From contig CAZDXB010000005.1 in NCBI GenBank assembly GCA_964509335.1, forward strand, positions 16,926-80,925: DNA of 64,000 bases, in the 5' to 3' direction. Below the pieces are notes generated by a model that saw only the letters and a program-made list of their open reading frames with translations, was not told where the DNA came from and did no database searches. Both the position numbers and the translations under genes were made by a program. The DNA comes from an uncultured Hyphomicrobiales bacterium. GTDB taxonomy: Bacteria > Bacteroidota > Ignavibacteria > Kapaibacteriales > UBA2268. Shown here piece after piece: positions 10,601-20,107 of this stretch (position 1 is its first letter; each line of letters starts with the position of its first letter).

Positions 10601-13600
10601 TCGGAGTAAAACTGACTTCGCCGTTGTAAAATCTTATTATAGTAAGCGGATTAGTTTTCGAACCAATAGCTCTTGAATATCCATTCTCAATAAAAGCCCC
10701 GCCGTTAAATGAAAACGAGGAAAACAAAGAGCTTCTGTAATCCAAACCCAAATCGCCGGCTCTCGCCGTTAAAGCGCCTTGAATAAATTCCGTCGTTTCG
10801 GTTGGTTCGGCGCCGGTAGCGGTCGTATTGTTAGGAGAGCCTTTCCAAAACCTTATTTCTCGAATTTCTCCTATAAAGCCCGTTCCAGCTTCGCCAGCGA
10901 CGGCTTGGTGCCCGATATAAGTTGGATATCGATTTAAAGCGTCAACTGTCAAATCATTTCCCAACTGCCCTGTTACAGTTTCGCCTCTTTGCGCTTCGCC
11001 GTCGATGAAAAATCTTACTTCGGACGCCCCCGAACCGTCGTCTAATACTAAATACACTCCTATATGCGCCCAAGGAGTGTCTATCGCGACCGAATTCGGT
11101 CTGACAAGCGCTTTGTCCTCGTCGCTTAACGCGATTCTCTGGACTCCGGCGGCGTCGGTAACCGTAAATTGAAGCCTGCCAGTCGGCATAAGATTCAACG
11201 AATAATGCCCGAGACCGTCGTCTATGCCGTATTTAGATATTATCGGGAAACTCCCCTCTTCTTCGGTCGGAAATCTATAAGGTCGCGCCCAAGCTTCAAT
11301 AAAAGATTCGTTGGAGGTAAGATTAAAACCGCTTTCGCCGTCGATAAAAATTATCGCGTTTTCATCTCTTTTTAACGCGAAATAGCGAGCTACGTTGAAC
11401 TCGCCCGACTCGTCGTACAAGTTATCTTGATTCCTCGACTCCGCTCCCCTTATCCTTAATATAGTATTATGAGAATACGGATTAATCGTTCGCAAATCGA
11501 AACCGGAATCGTCGTTTTCCCAAGGCTCCCAGTATGTTTTCCCGTCTTCGATATCCGGAGCGTTGTCGTCGTCGATGTCCTCCGAATCGGGTCTTTTCGC
11601 GTAATCCCAACTATCGCCGCCGTCTAAACTATATTCTATTATAACGTCTTTTGAATCGCCGTTCTCAATATCTCCCAATCCGTAAGATACCCATCGAATT
11701 TCAAAAACTTCGCCTTCTTTATTCAAGACGCCCGCGTTTTCTACGGGAGCCGTTAGCGAAATATGCGGCATATCCGGTCTATAATAAACTTCAGAGTCGG
11801 CGTCGTTCTCGTCTGAATAATCGACGACTTGCAAGCCCTTTTGCATATCGGCGTCATTCGCCAAATCGTTCAGCGAGCCTTCGAAAGAATAATAAAGCTC
11901 AAGACTCCGCTTCAAGTCGCCGTAATCTTCGACGTCGGAGGGAGCTACTACGCCGGGAGTCCTTTGCCTTATCTGCTCTTGCGTTAAAGCCGTCCTCCAC
12001 ACTTGGACTTCTTTTATTCCGGCGGGCAAATAATCCGTTCCGTCGATTCCGTCGTTAGGATTTACGCCTATCCAGATTGGATGATTTGTCGTAAGCATTC
12101 GCACGTCGGTCGCGCTAACGTTTTTGTAATCGTCAACTATCTCGCCGTTTACGTATAAAACCGCCTCGTTGTTATCGACTGTCGCGGCTATATGAACCCA
12201 GTTCTTCGAATGCGCGTCGCTCAAAGGAGCGACGGGAGAAGCATTCTGCAACGCGATTACGTCCGACAAAGACGCTAAATAACCGTTCTCGCCTCTTCCG
12301 TCTATCTCCCTAACTCTGAAAGCCGGATACCTGCCGTCTTGCAGATACAAAATCCAAGAACCTTCGTTAGAACCGTTAATCGGCGAAGCGTCAGGTCCGA
12401 GCGACGAAACTATTATCGCCGGTTCCGAACCTTCAGGTTGATACTCGTTTAAATTTATCCAAGCCTCGACCGTTAATTGAGTGGCGTTGCTATAACTTTC
12501 CTCGGTTTTTAAATACTGAGATTCGCCGTTTAATTGAAGGAAGAATAGCCTACCCAAAACAAATTCGGCGTCGCTTTCGTCGTTCGTTTGCGAAACTGTT
12601 CTTAACGGCAAATCGCTATAGCCGTCGCCGTTCAAAATAGAAACTCTCATTTTAGCCTGTTCGGAGCGCTCGATAAAATACGGATTCTTTTTCCAAATTA
12701 CTCTTAGCGGCGAACGATAATTATCGTAAACAATCCTTTCGCCTTCTTGAGTGGCAATAATATAAGAACCGCCCGAAGCGGGATTAAATATATCGCCGCT
12801 TCGATATTGGGCTTGACTTCCCGAATGAGAAGACGCTTTGTTCGTTTCGGCTACGCGCCCGATTTCTTTCCAATTTTCGCCGGCGTCCAAAGAATAATCA
12901 AAGCTGTAAGCCAAATCCTCGTCCAAAGTTGCCGGAAACTGCTGGGGAGCGTCGTAATCCGCAGGACTAACGCTTCTTTCAAAGTAAATCGGATAGCCGG
13001 AGGAAGCGTAATCTCCAGAAAGCGACGCGTAATCCTTATCCAAATCCACAGCTTGGGAGCTATGATTGGGAGATAATATTGTTACTCCCACAATATTAAA
13101 ATCACCCGGGGCGGTAAACGTTACCCGCGGAGTTATTTCGGAGCTGTCGGCGTCGAAAACAACGCACGACCTAATCTCTTCGTCGTCGCTCCAAACTATT
13201 TCCGTTAAATCGCTTTCCGACGGGTTGTCTATTATATCGAACGCAAGCCTGCCGAGAAAACTCCCTCTGCCTTCCAAGCTTGGAACTACGCCTCCTTCGC
13301 CCAAAGAGTTCAAATTGATTTCAAGAGAATAATAACCTTCTCCGTAATTCTGAGAACCCAGAGCGCCGTAGCCGTTTTGGTTGCTAAAATTTGAGCTTAC
13401 GTTAATTATAGGAGAGCTTGCGTCTATATCGCTAGAAATTGAATCCGTAGTCGTTAAATTTTGGTTTTGAGCTGGAGTCAAATAATCGCTATTATATTCG
13501 ACGATTAAAGAAGCGTAACCGATTTTGGGAACGTCGGCGGCGTTAGCTTTAGCCCATAATTCAACGGCAATTTGGTCGAACAGCCGCCTTTGACGCAAAG

Positions 13601-13706
13601 TAAATTCGTAATCTTGGGCGGACGCCGATTCGCTTATAGTTACAAGCGCTAAGATCGTTATTACAATCTTAATTAGCAATGTCTTCTCAGGGCGTCCTCG
13701 CCTCAT
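7656..13706 (-). CDS. Secreted multidomain protein: cohesin-like, 2x LamG, Ig-like repeats, LEG/HxNH-type dockerin module, second cohesin-like domain, T9SS C-terminal domain
   Basis: LamG motifs TVEAWINL/WVHIAAT and FIEAWARP/WAHIGV; dockerin Ca-loops GDVNQDNQINAAD and SDVTGDGYVNADD (~9405-9557); cohesin-like VHLSLYIKN..LANATFGVDYNPTVMEF..LGTLRF (~8810-9260); C-terminal FYPNP...GIYYVKI...KISFIK. Confidence 0.85.
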   Translation of the reverse strand: MRRGRPEKTLLIKIVITILALVTISESASAQDYEFTLRQRRLFDQIAVELWAKANAADVPKIGYASLIVEYNSDYLTPAQNQNLTTTDSISSDIDASSPIINVSSNFSNQNGYGALGSQNYGEGYYSLEINLNSLGEGGVVPSLEGRGSFLGRLAFDIIDNPSESDLTEIVWSDDEEIRSCVVFDADSSEITPRVTFTAPGDFNIVGVTILSPNHSSQAVDLDKDYASLSGDYASSGYPIYFERSVSPADYDAPQQFPATLDEDLAYSFDYSLDAGENWKEIGRVAETNKASSHSGSQAQYRSGDIFNPASGGSYIIATQEGERIVYDNYRSPLRVIWKKNPYFIERSEQAKMRVSILNGDGYSDLPLRTVSQTNDESDAEFVLGRLFFLQLNGESQYLKTEESYSNATQLTVEAWINLNEYQPEGSEPAIIVSSLGPDASPINGSNEGSWILYLQDGRYPAFRVREIDGRGENGYLASLSDVIALQNASPVAPLSDAHSKNWVHIAATVDNNEAVLYVNGEIVDDYKNVSATDVRMLTTNHPIWIGVNPNDGIDGTDYLPAGIKEVQVWRTALTQEQIRQRTPGVVAPSDVEDYGDLKRSLELYYSFEGSLNDLANDADMQKGLQVVDYSDENDADSEVYYRPDMPHISLTAPVENAGVLNKEGEVFEIRWVSYGLGDIENGDSKDVIIEYSLDGGDSWDYAKRPDSEDIDDDNAPDIEDGKTYWEPWENDDSGFDLRTINPYSHNTILRIRGAESRNQDNLYDESGEFNVARYFALKRDENAIIFIDGESGFNLTSNESFIEAWARPYRFPTEEEGSFPIISKYGIDDGLGHYSLNLMPTGRLQFTVTDAAGVQRIALSDEDKALVRPNSVAIDTPWAHIGVYLVLDDGSGASEVRFFIDGEAQRGETVTGQLGNDLTVDALNRYPTYIGHQAVAGEAGTGFIGEIREIRFWKGSPNNTTATGAEPTETTEFIQGALTARAGDLGLDYRSSLFSSFSFNGGAFIENGYSRAIGSKTNPLTIIRFYNGEVSFTPTKPYFKIAEPAFKQKVANTDTDVKVRWVGFDYNGTGFTAGKQNVAPSLEFSIRGGGGNLVQPYQYLGGKYWDGTQEQSISFPETESYKFEGEGEEVYIAAQVDFSVADPDLDNDGTFRDQGPISAALVNARLRLTGDYIINGETDTITVEGPIFTITPETNFTIRTLLEGRHDGAVSGRNLRDLGSTYSTGGLKIKLYTDNKGSLGVLVDSAESIYGYDGKDPANLKNGNNRFANVNFVFTDLTDDDYWVVVDHINHLPIMSRFAAPFVYEGDVISTWEIESGWDFTSWNGEDENVLLKPDDNPWEYGAYTAYGDAYSTSTKEQYSTTGLIYSGGAAGGSSYAMPAMVGGDVNQDNQINAADRVRVRLDAGSGLVRSDVTGDGYVNADDRTIVDRNFGKISSIHDVDFPQAQEETEDLIVGGGKDERNYEFANSKKIVNKKENTLAGGIKYVVTAEPLIRRDTVHLSLYIKNVGVDFGLANATFGVDYNPTVMEFIDLTGKDSVVFRNDTASGYAELKSAPSSGATIPIPNLRTIEVDYDARSNKPGINVPRAETYLGTLRFALESKKNAVVLKWHEITSVHTTDSVNVTEEGIFEDIEPLILYDAEVAYPNGGEGFSANKEIQIRWQTDGTAPAFIQYSNNGGYNWTFIGDTVNVKDGVCSWTTPNSYGSDYLIRILDAQTMKELDRSDDEFAILRSRASIIKPSAYDPLYKAGERDSIIWETVGYERLKIEFTGDGGASWFVLDSNVSASDGFMLWDIPSVTTKSAIVRLVDMESGSEIARSGEFKILRGYIDFIKPRRGDSLWLGSVEKLKWNYRGVARFDMQVSENGGASWRTIEDSVFALDGEYDWRVDNAAVSDNCLLRAIWNGDSDMSFGKSDVFRIVSSTDVEYSKIDDSFGEFYPNPCSGIAKLYFETRERKLIRIDVVNSLGETLNNIGPVIYNKGYNIIELDLNEFPEGIYYVKIESENYKIIRKISFIK

Positions 13707-14113
13707 ATTTTCATCCTCCTTCTCAGAATTCCGTTTCAGTTTCTTCTTCTAATATTACAAAATATTAATAATTAGTAATATTATCGACCGAATTTTTTTT
13801 ATCTTTATATAAGGCAAAAAAAATTCAAATTTTATGCCATACACAAAAAACGAAGCGCTCCAAAAAAGTTTTCAAAAAAAATATTAACATAGTCAAAACG
13901 CTTTTTCTCTCGATTTCCCAAACGCCTAGAGCGAAGTAATTAAAAAAGTTTTAAACGGCGCCGCTTAACTGTTGATTTAAAAAAATTAAAGCTATCAGAT
14001 TAATTATTTCAAAAAACTCAAAAAATTCCTTATATTGTAGTAATATATTAATGCCGTTTAATAAAATTGAAATAATATATTAACATTATACTTACAATAA
14101 CAGGGATTTAAAA

Positions 14114-15010
14114 ATGAAAAAAAACTTTTTTCAAGGCGTCGTTACAGCGCTCGCAACGCCTTTTAAGAAAAAGGGCGATTTAGACTTTAAAGCGTTGGAA
14201 AAATCTCTAAAATTCCAAATCGACAACAAAGTTGACGGCATTTTGTTAGCTAGCACAACAGGCGAGAGTCCCGGACTTACGCTCAAAGAAAAAATGGCTC
14301 TTATTATTCGAGCTGTCGAATATTCGTCAAGTAAAGTCCCTTTATATATGGCTACCGGAACAAATGAAACTCACGAATCTATGGACTTAACCGCGATGGC
14401 TTTAGAAGAAGGAGCCAGCGCGGCTTTAATCGTTACGCCATACTATAATAAACCCACCCAAGACGGCTTATACGAACATTATAGAATTATCGCCGAGGCG
14501 GTGAACATACCTCAAATTATATATAACGTCCCCGGCAGAACCGGCGTAAATATGGAGCCGGAAACCGTTGTTAGTCTCGCCAACGACTGCAAAAATATCA
14601 TCGGTATTAAAGAAGCTTCGGGAGATTTAGAACAAATAATGGCGATTGTCAAAAACGCCCCCAAAGACTTCAACCTCTTAACCGGCGACGATAAAATCAC
14701 ATTGCCGGCTATGGCTGTCGGCGCGAAAGGCTGCGTTTCGGTCATCTCGAATTACGCCCCAGCCGAGTTCGTCAAACTAGTTCGATACGCTCAAAACAAT
14801 AAATTCAACGAAGCCGCGAAGATTCACTACAAGCTATTAGATTTAATGGAATTGAACTTCGTAGAAACTAATCCGATACCCGTTAAATACGCTCTGTCGC
14901 TTAAAGGCATAATGAAAGACGTTTACAGAATGCCGCTATTCCCGCTCACGGCGAGAAACAAGAGAAAATTAAAAGCGGAATTACAAAATCAGGGAATAAT
15001 CGAAGAATAG
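14114..15010 (+). CDS. dapA: 4-hydroxy-tetrahydrodipicolinate synthase
   Basis: TALATPF, STTGES, PYYNKP, YNVPGRT, IKEASG, ETNPIPVK motifs. Confidence 0.97.
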   Translation: MKKNFFQGVVTALATPFKKKGDLDFKALEKSLKFQIDNKVDGILLASTTGESPGLTLKEKMALIIRAVEYSSSKVPLYMATGTNETHESMDLTAMALEEGASAALIVTPYYNKPTQDGLYEHYRIIAEAVNIPQIIYNVPGRTGVNMEPETVVSLANDCKNIIGIKEASGDLEQIMAIVKNAPKDFNLLTGDDKITLPAMAVGAKGCVSVISNYAPAEFVKLVRYAQNNKFNEAAKIHYKLLDLMELNFVETNPIPVKYALSLKGIMKDVYRMPLFPLTARNKRKLKAELQNQGIIEE

Positions 15011-15016
15011 AATAAA

Positions 15017-16498
15017 CTACTTTACTACATTAAATCTATAGGTCTCGTAAACGTCGCCAAATGCGAATACAAACAAATAAGCTCCAGAAGACAACCCGGA
15101 GAGGTTTAAGTAATATTCATTCGACGATGATTGTTGAACGTCGGTAGATATTTCCGCTCCAATATTATTAAACAAACGAGCCTTGAAACCGTTTGCGTTC
15201 TTAGGCGTTTCTACTCTTATCATATCGCCGACTCTTCTTATGTTCAGTTTAGGCGTTAATCTCTCGTCGTCCTCCGTCTCAGTCATAACCGAAGTTCCGA
15301 ACGGAAAAGTATAACCCAAATCCGACATAGCAATAGCGCTCGTTATATTGGGCGCAGGCGCGTCGTTACCGCCGCTTTTATTTACTAACAAAGCGTTAAA
15401 CAGAACCCCGGTGTCATCCGCTAAGTTCTTTTGATAATCGCCTACCACTACGGAAGCCGTTTTTTCGGTTTCGTTCAAATTGGCGTAAATAAAACTATTT
15501 ACTCCCGAGAACAAATCCCCCTTTTCGAATCCTATCAGTTCCCAATCTTCGCCTATATCTTTCCAAGAAACGTCCATAGCCGCGGCTATATACGGCTCCG
15601 AAGCGTAAGCAGTAACGGGAACCCTTACCGCGTCTGTATTATTCGGCGGAGTATATAAAACTCGTTCCGATTGAAAATCGGGAGGATTAGATTTGCCCAT
15701 AGCAGTATGAGACTTCATAAAATTGAGCGGTATAATCAACATATCGAACGGCGTTATATTGCCGTCGCCGTCGCAGTCGGCGTAAGTTACGCTCGCGCTA
15801 TCCCAAGACAATACTCTCTGAGACATCCACAAAGCGCTGGAACTAACTCTCTTGAAAGTCCGAAAATTATCGTTCTGTCTGCCGTGATTCAAATGCAGAG
15901 CGATTTTATCCATATCGACTTCGTCAACGACGCCGTTGTTGTCGGTGTCGCCGGGCCAAACGTTTACGAAACCGTGTATATCGTAAACGGTAGGCTCGCT
16001 CGTCAAATCGAGAACTTTGCCCTCGCCTTCCGACTTTACCGTAGCGTGAGCGTTGGCAAACGAAAAAGTCGCCTGCCTGCCGTGCGGAGAAGTCTGCGAG
16101 ACGGCAAAATCCAAATGAATCACTTTAGGATTGTCCAAATGCGCTTCTTTTATAGGCTCGCCGGAAATTACAAGAACGTAAATCCTGCCCTGCCCCGATA
16201 TATCATTAATAATCGGTATTACTTGCGTAGTCGCGGAATCGCCGAAGCCGCCCTCTTGCCACTCCGAATACTTTATATAATCGACGTTGTTAAAAGCCAA
16301 CTCGAACTCCGCGCCGTTGCAATCTTCTACGTCTTCCAAAATTATGTCCACGCCGAAAAGATACGTCGCCGTAACGAAATTCGACCTCGCCGAATCGACG
16401 TCCGTTCTAACCAGCTTTATCGACTGAGCCGAAGCCGAACCGATTAACAAGACGGTCGAAACGATTAAAACCGCAAATATTTTGACTGCTTTTCGCAT
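15017..16498 (-). CDS. Secreted cohesin-like / dockerin / cohesin-like protein with T9SS-type C-terminal domain
   Basis: Signal peptide ..SASA/Q; GVDIILEDV..GAEFELAFN..VIHLDFAV; dockerin loops WPGDTDNNGVVDEVD and ADCDGDGNITPFD (~15706-15958); VRVPVTA..AAAMDVSW..GVLFNA; C-terminal LSGLSSGAYLF..YRFNVVK. Confidence 0.75.
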   Translation of the reverse strand: MRKAVKIFAVLIVSTVLLIGSASAQSIKLVRTDVDSARSNFVTATYLFGVDIILEDVEDCNGAEFELAFNNVDYIKYSEWQEGGFGDSATTQVIPIINDISGQGRIYVLVISGEPIKEAHLDNPKVIHLDFAVSQTSPHGRQATFSFANAHATVKSEGEGKVLDLTSEPTVYDIHGFVNVWPGDTDNNGVVDEVDMDKIALHLNHGRQNDNFRTFKRVSSSALWMSQRVLSWDSASVTYADCDGDGNITPFDMLIIPLNFMKSHTAMGKSNPPDFQSERVLYTPPNNTDAVRVPVTAYASEPYIAAAMDVSWKDIGEDWELIGFEKGDLFSGVNSFIYANLNETEKTASVVVGDYQKNLADDTGVLFNALLVNKSGGNDAPAPNITSAIAMSDLGYTFPFGTSVMTETEDDERLTPKLNIRRVGDMIRVETPKNANGFKARLFNNIGAEISTDVQQSSSNEYYLNLSGLSSGAYLFVFAFGDVYETYRFNVVK

Positions 16499-16762
16499 AG
16501 TAATCCACTTTTTCCGCCAAATTTCAGCAATGAATGTGCCAAAGTCTTATTAATTATATTATCGCTGTTTTTTCCGAACTCTTTAGTTTTATTTTCAATA
16601 GAATTTCCGAATTTTAAGAAGAAGAATAAACTTCAGCGTTAGAATTTTTTAGTAAAAAAAAATTCGTTATTTTAGGATTTATAATTACTAAAAAGCAATC
16701 ATAAACGGCTAAGTTAGTTTTGAACGTTAGCTTATACGATAACAACCAATTACATAACGTAA

Positions 16763-18001
16763 ATGATTAAATTCTATGAAATAAAATCGCCCTTTAAAAA
16801 GCTTTTTAATGCCGATATTGAACTATTGCCGTCGGTTACCGAACTTTTTGAATTGGAACTGGCTTATCTTGAATTCTTAACTTTACCAGAAGATAGCGCT
16901 AAAGAAAGAACGGCGTATTTAAAGTCGATAAACGGCAAAAGCTCAAACCACTTCTTAGCTTATTCAAATTATTCAACAGCGATAGACGCTAACAGGTCAA
17001 GCCAAACAAGAAATTATTTCAAAAACGGTCAATTCTCAACCGGCTACGCTACGCATAGTCTTTTTCCTTACAGAGGCAAATTCCATCCCCAATTAATTAA
17101 AGCGCTTATAAATATTGTCGGGCTTAAAAAGGGAGATACGCTTCTCGACCCTATGTCCGGAAGCGGAACGGCGAATATCGAAGCGTCTTTGCTAGGCATC
17201 GACTCGTTCGCCATCGACGTAAATCCATTCTGTCAATTCTTGATAGACGCAAAATACGAAGCTCTGAAATTAAATCTTGAAACTTTAAATCTACTGGAAG
17301 ACAAAACAGATAAGCTGTTTAACTTCTTTAAGAAAAAGAACGTATTCGGCTATCTCGAAAAGATAAAAGACGAGAATAAACTCAGATTGTATAAAATAGC
17401 TTTGCTCGCTTTTTTAGATTCTTTCAGCTATTCAAAACGAGTTAAGAAATCTACTCACAAAGAACTATTTGAGAAAGTACTGAACAGATACACGGGAACA
17501 GTCAAAAGCGTAATTGAAAACAAATATATTAATATAAAAGATTTAGGCGAACTAAAAATTCTTACGAATTCAGACGCTACTAATATTAAATTAGAAGACG
17601 AAACTATAGACTGCGTTATTACTTCGCCGCCCTATTCCTTCGCTATTGATTACGTGGAAAACGACAAAACTCAATTGGAATACTTAGGACACGACCTCGA
17701 AGAGCTAAAAAACAAAACGATTGGACTTAAAGGAAAGAACATTGGGGAAAAACTAGAATTTTACTTTAAAGATATGGACAGATTTTGTGCCGAAGTCGGC
17801 AGAGTCTTAAAACCTAATCGCTATTTCATTTTAATCATTGGTTCTAACACAAACCAAACAAAAGGAATAAGACTCGAAAAAAACGTTATTGATTCCGCCG
17901 ATAAATACAACCTAAAACTAGTAAAAAGCGTCAGCAAGCCCATAAAAGGTATGCGCAATACAATGAAGGATGAATTTGTTTTAATATTCGAAAAGATTTA
18001 A
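16763..18001 (+). CDS. DNA amino-methyltransferase, probably N4-cytosine (SAM motif before SPPY)
   Basis: PYRGKFHPQL, LDPMSGSGT, VITSPPY. Confidence 0.9.
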   Translation: MIKFYEIKSPFKKLFNADIELLPSVTELFELELAYLEFLTLPEDSAKERTAYLKSINGKSSNHFLAYSNYSTAIDANRSSQTRNYFKNGQFSTGYATHSLFPYRGKFHPQLIKALINIVGLKKGDTLLDPMSGSGTANIEASLLGIDSFAIDVNPFCQFLIDAKYEALKLNLETLNLLEDKTDKLFNFFKKKNVFGYLEKIKDENKLRLYKIALLAFLDSFSYSKRVKKSTHKELFEKVLNRYTGTVKSVIENKYINIKDLGELKILTNSDATNIKLEDETIDCVITSPPYSFAIDYVENDKTQLEYLGHDLEELKNKTIGLKGKNIGEKLEFYFKDMDRFCAEVGRVLKPNRYFILIIGSNTNQTKGIRLEKNVIDSADKYNLKLVKSVSKPIKGMRNTMKDEFVLIFEKI

Positions 18002-18973
18002 ATGAAAAAAACAAACGAAGAAAAATACAAAACTGTCGTTAACAAAAATACATTTTACTTTTTTAACGCTAAGTTTGAAGAAACGTACGAAGGGTATATC
18101 ACGTCTCTTAAGGAAACGCTTTTATATTTGAAAAATCGAGTCGAAACGGAAGGCCTCAAAAAAGATATATTCGTAGATTTATTAGAAACCAAAGAAAACG
18201 GATTAAAAGCTTTACTCGCTCTCACGGGTTTTTCCAACGAATACTTGAAAAGAATAACGACTATTATAAGGGTTATCGACAAACCTGAACTGAACGAGCT
18301 AGTTTATAAAAAACATTGGCCTAAAGACGAAAGTTTATATAACATTCGGGAATGGTCAACAAACACTATTTCAAACCTGATTAAAACAAAAGAATATTTC
18401 AGAAAAGGGATTGTCAACCTCTTCTTCGAGGGCGCTTCAATTCCGTTTATGTCAGATACTATCCCATTATTTGAGTTGAAAAAATTAAGTATATCGAAGC
18501 TCAAATTCGAAATACCGGCAATGATAGATACTTTAATAAGATACAAAGAAAAAGGAAGTTACTCTGGTAAGAAAGAAAACAATCCCGAAAGAGTTATCGA
18601 GAAAATTCTCGACAACCTTAAGATAACTTATGAAACAGGCGATTTGGGAGAATTAATTAAAAACGCGCCCGACAACAAAAGAACGATGGATTTCATAATA
18701 CCCAATAAAGAAAATCCTCTTTTGATAGCGGAATGCTCGTTCTTAACAACGACTTCTTCCGGCCAAGGAGACAAATCCAAAACCGAGATTTCAATCAAAG
18801 AATTAATAAAACAACATTACCCAAAAGCTAAATTCATAGGATTTATCGACGGAATCGGATGGTACGTTCGCAAAGGAGACTTAAAAAGAATGGTGTCGGC
18901 TTACGAAGACGTTTTCACTTTTCATAAACAAGAATTAGACAGATTTAGAAATCTAATAATTAAACTGATATGA
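18002..18973 (+). CDS. Type II restriction endonuclease, DpnII-family-like PD-(D/E)xK fold
   Basis: Lies between two methyltransferases with abutting or overlapping starts; MDFIIP..IAECSF..TSSGQGDK and FIDGIGW resemble the DpnII-family catalytic region. Confidence 0.7.
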   Translation: MKKTNEEKYKTVVNKNTFYFFNAKFEETYEGYITSLKETLLYLKNRVETEGLKKDIFVDLLETKENGLKALLALTGFSNEYLKRITTIIRVIDKPELNELVYKKHWPKDESLYNIREWSTNTISNLIKTKEYFRKGIVNLFFEGASIPFMSDTIPLFELKKLSISKLKFEIPAMIDTLIRYKEKGSYSGKKENNPERVIEKILDNLKITYETGDLGELIKNAPDNKRTMDFIIPNKENPLLIAECSFLTTTSSGQGDKSKTEISIKELIKQHYPKAKFIGFIDGIGWYVRKGDLKRMVSAYEDVFTFHKQELDRFRNLIIKLI

Positions 18974-19953
18974 TTAAAGAAAATATAAATAGAGTAATTC
19001 AAGGCGATTGCTTAAAACTATTTAAAGAGATTCCAGACGACTCAATAGATATAACGTTCGCCGACCCGCCGTTTAATCTAAAAAAGAAATACAACGGATA
19101 CAAAGACAATAAAGAATTCAATGAATACCTTAGCTGGTGCGAACGCTGGATAAACGAAATGGTAAGAGTAACCAAACCGACAGGCTCGATTTTCGTTCAC
19201 AATATTCCTAAATGGCTTACTTACTACGCCGGTCTTTTGAACGAATCCGCTTATTTTAAACACTGGATAGCTTGGGACGCTCCTTCCGCGCCAATGGGAA
19301 AATCGTTGCAGCCGGCTCATTACGGAATTCTATTCTACACAAAAAAACCAAAAGGAGCTAAGTTTTACGAATTGCGCCATCCGCATAAAAGAGATAGAAA
19401 GCTAGGCTATTTACTCAAAGACTACGGAGGCAAAAAGGGCGGGTTGCATCCCTTCGGACCGCTTGTGTCGGACGTATGGACGGATATTCATAGAATTAAA
19501 CACACTAAGAACAGAGACGTCCACCCCTGCCAATTGCCTATTCACTTGCTCGATAGAATCATATTAATGACGACCGACGAAAACGATATAGTTCTCGACC
19601 CCTTTTTAGGCACCGGCACTTCGGCTATAGCCGCGAAAAGATTAGGCAGAAGTTTCATAGGTTTTGAATTAGATTACAATTACGCTCAGATAGCAAAGGT
19701 GAAAATTGAAAACACGAATAGAAACTCAAAAATCGGCGATTTATGGGTAGGATTTTACCTAGACGATATAATTACAATAAGAAACAAAGACTGGGAAGAA
19801 CTAGAAAATTATTTTATAATACCCGAATCGAGAAAAGAAATCGATTATAAAAAAATTATTCTCAAAGAAAAAAACGCTATCCCACCGAAAGAACCAAAGA
19901 GCTTAAAAAACAAAAGCGAAAAAGACCGACAAAGCAAATTGCAATTTAAATAA
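18970..19953 (+). CDS. Beta-class DNA amino-methyltransferase (N6-adenine or N4-cytosine)
   Basis: FADPPF precedes HPCQLP and LDPFLGTGT. Confidence 0.92.
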   Translation: MIKENINRVIQGDCLKLFKEIPDDSIDITFADPPFNLKKKYNGYKDNKEFNEYLSWCERWINEMVRVTKPTGSIFVHNIPKWLTYYAGLLNESAYFKHWIAWDAPSAPMGKSLQPAHYGILFYTKKPKGAKFYELRHPHKRDRKLGYLLKDYGGKKGGLHPFGPLVSDVWTDIHRIKHTKNRDVHPCQLPIHLLDRIILMTTDENDIVLDPFLGTGTSAIAAKRLGRSFIGFELDYNYAQIAKVKIENTNRNSKIGDLWVGFYLDDIITIRNKDWEELENYFIIPESRKEIDYKKIILKEKNAIPPKEPKSLKNKSEKDRQSKLQFK

Positions 19954-20107
19954 CTCTATTATATTAGGTTTAATCGAAAAAATGAACTAATTAACAAGCG
20001 ACGCGACAATTCGCCTACGCGTTTCGTTATTCCCCTTTTATTATTATTTTAGCGGTAATTGAACTGTTTAAATAACAATTTATTTTGAAATATTACGAGG
20101 TATTAAG

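Noticed and set aside
15671-16447. 258-aa plus-strand ORF and similar antisense ORFs (33004..33648, 59696..60304, 23810..24313, 25164..25655)
   Set aside because: Shadows of well-supported genes on the opposite strand, with no motifs.
7656-16498. Classical cellulosome
   Set aside because: No glycoside hydrolase, CBM3 or tandem cohesin scaffoldin recognisable; export appears T9SS-type.
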